NCBI RefSeq assembly: GCF_039654945.1 | Contig: NW_027361671.1 | Span: 103,292,001-103,356,000 of the forward strand | Length of the DNA stretch: 64,000 nt | From: Dendrobates tinctorius | Lineage: Eukaryota | Direction of reading: 5' to 3' | In this document: one piece after another, positions 63,377-64,000 of the stretch | Layout: each line of letters starts with the position of its first letter | Position numbering within the stretch: position 1 is the stretch's first letter | The notes under the pieces: model-generated | Seen by the model: the letters and a program-made list of their open reading frames with translations, nothing else | Databases searched by the model: none | What the model was told of the DNA's origin: nothing | Position numbers and translations under genes: made by a program

Positions 63377-64000
63377 GTAAGTCTTACAGCCTAGCAGATT
63401 AGTATGAGCCATCGGAAAACATACCCTGTAGGTGACAGCTTTATCTTGTGATGGAAAACAAAAAGTATATGCAAAAACAGCATATCCAAAAAAAAGCAGA
63501 CTATATCATGGGGGAAAAAAAAGAGAACAAATCTAAAATGGTGATTAAAAACACCAAGGATATGTCTTAATATATCTCCTCCCAAGATTATGAGCAAGAA
63601 GAAACCACGTCCTCAAATGAAAATAATGGGTGCAGATATGTAGTTGACCTCACACACACCCAAAAAAAATTATACATAATAATGTAATACAGTTAAAAAA
63701 ATATTTGTACAATGGGTGCGTAATAAATGTTTCAAAGCCTATATTTACTACAAACTCCTTTTTCAGAGATTTTTTTTAAAACCGCAATACATTATTATAC
63801 ATTATTATTGGAGGTAATGTTTTCTTATATAATTTTTTTTTTGTGTGTGTGTTCTAATTACATATCTGTGCCCATTATTTTGATTTGTGGATGTGGTTAT
63901 TCTTACTCATTACTTTGAGCTGAGATGTTTTTAATCGCTGTTATTTTTGTTTGTTTTTTTTCATAAAATTATTTAATTTTTTTTTTTTTTTTTAGTCCAC

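Overview
Vertebrate genomic DNA, very probably a frog (inferred from the repeat repertoire), about 70-80% transposon-derived by eye. It holds the conserved RAD9B(-) / VPS29(+) / FAM216A(-) / GPN3(+) cluster as two head-to-head gene pairs. RAD9B exons 1-2 are present and the rest lies left of the window. VPS29 is complete (182 aa, plus a 12-nt microexon giving 186 aa). FAM216A exons 1-4 are supported and later exons are tentative. GPN3 exons 1-4 are present. The introns carry deeply nested mobile elements: a tandem three-LTR, self-priming chromodomain Ty3/Gypsy element inside the LTR of a Gmr1-like retrotransposon; a nearly intact DD36E (Incomer-type) Tc1 transposon; a decayed DIRS element containing hAT, L2 and CR1 insertions; Helitrons; many MITEs; and a 33-bp minisatellite. 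Two large fold-back palindromes stand out. One is centred on a Penelope-type hammerhead ribozyme motif with a 15-bp target-site duplication. The other is a Helitron carrying an inverted copy of its own 5' end plus flanking DNA. No prokaryotic system or CRISPR array is present. All coordinates were read by hand; family names rest on recalled motifs, not database searches.
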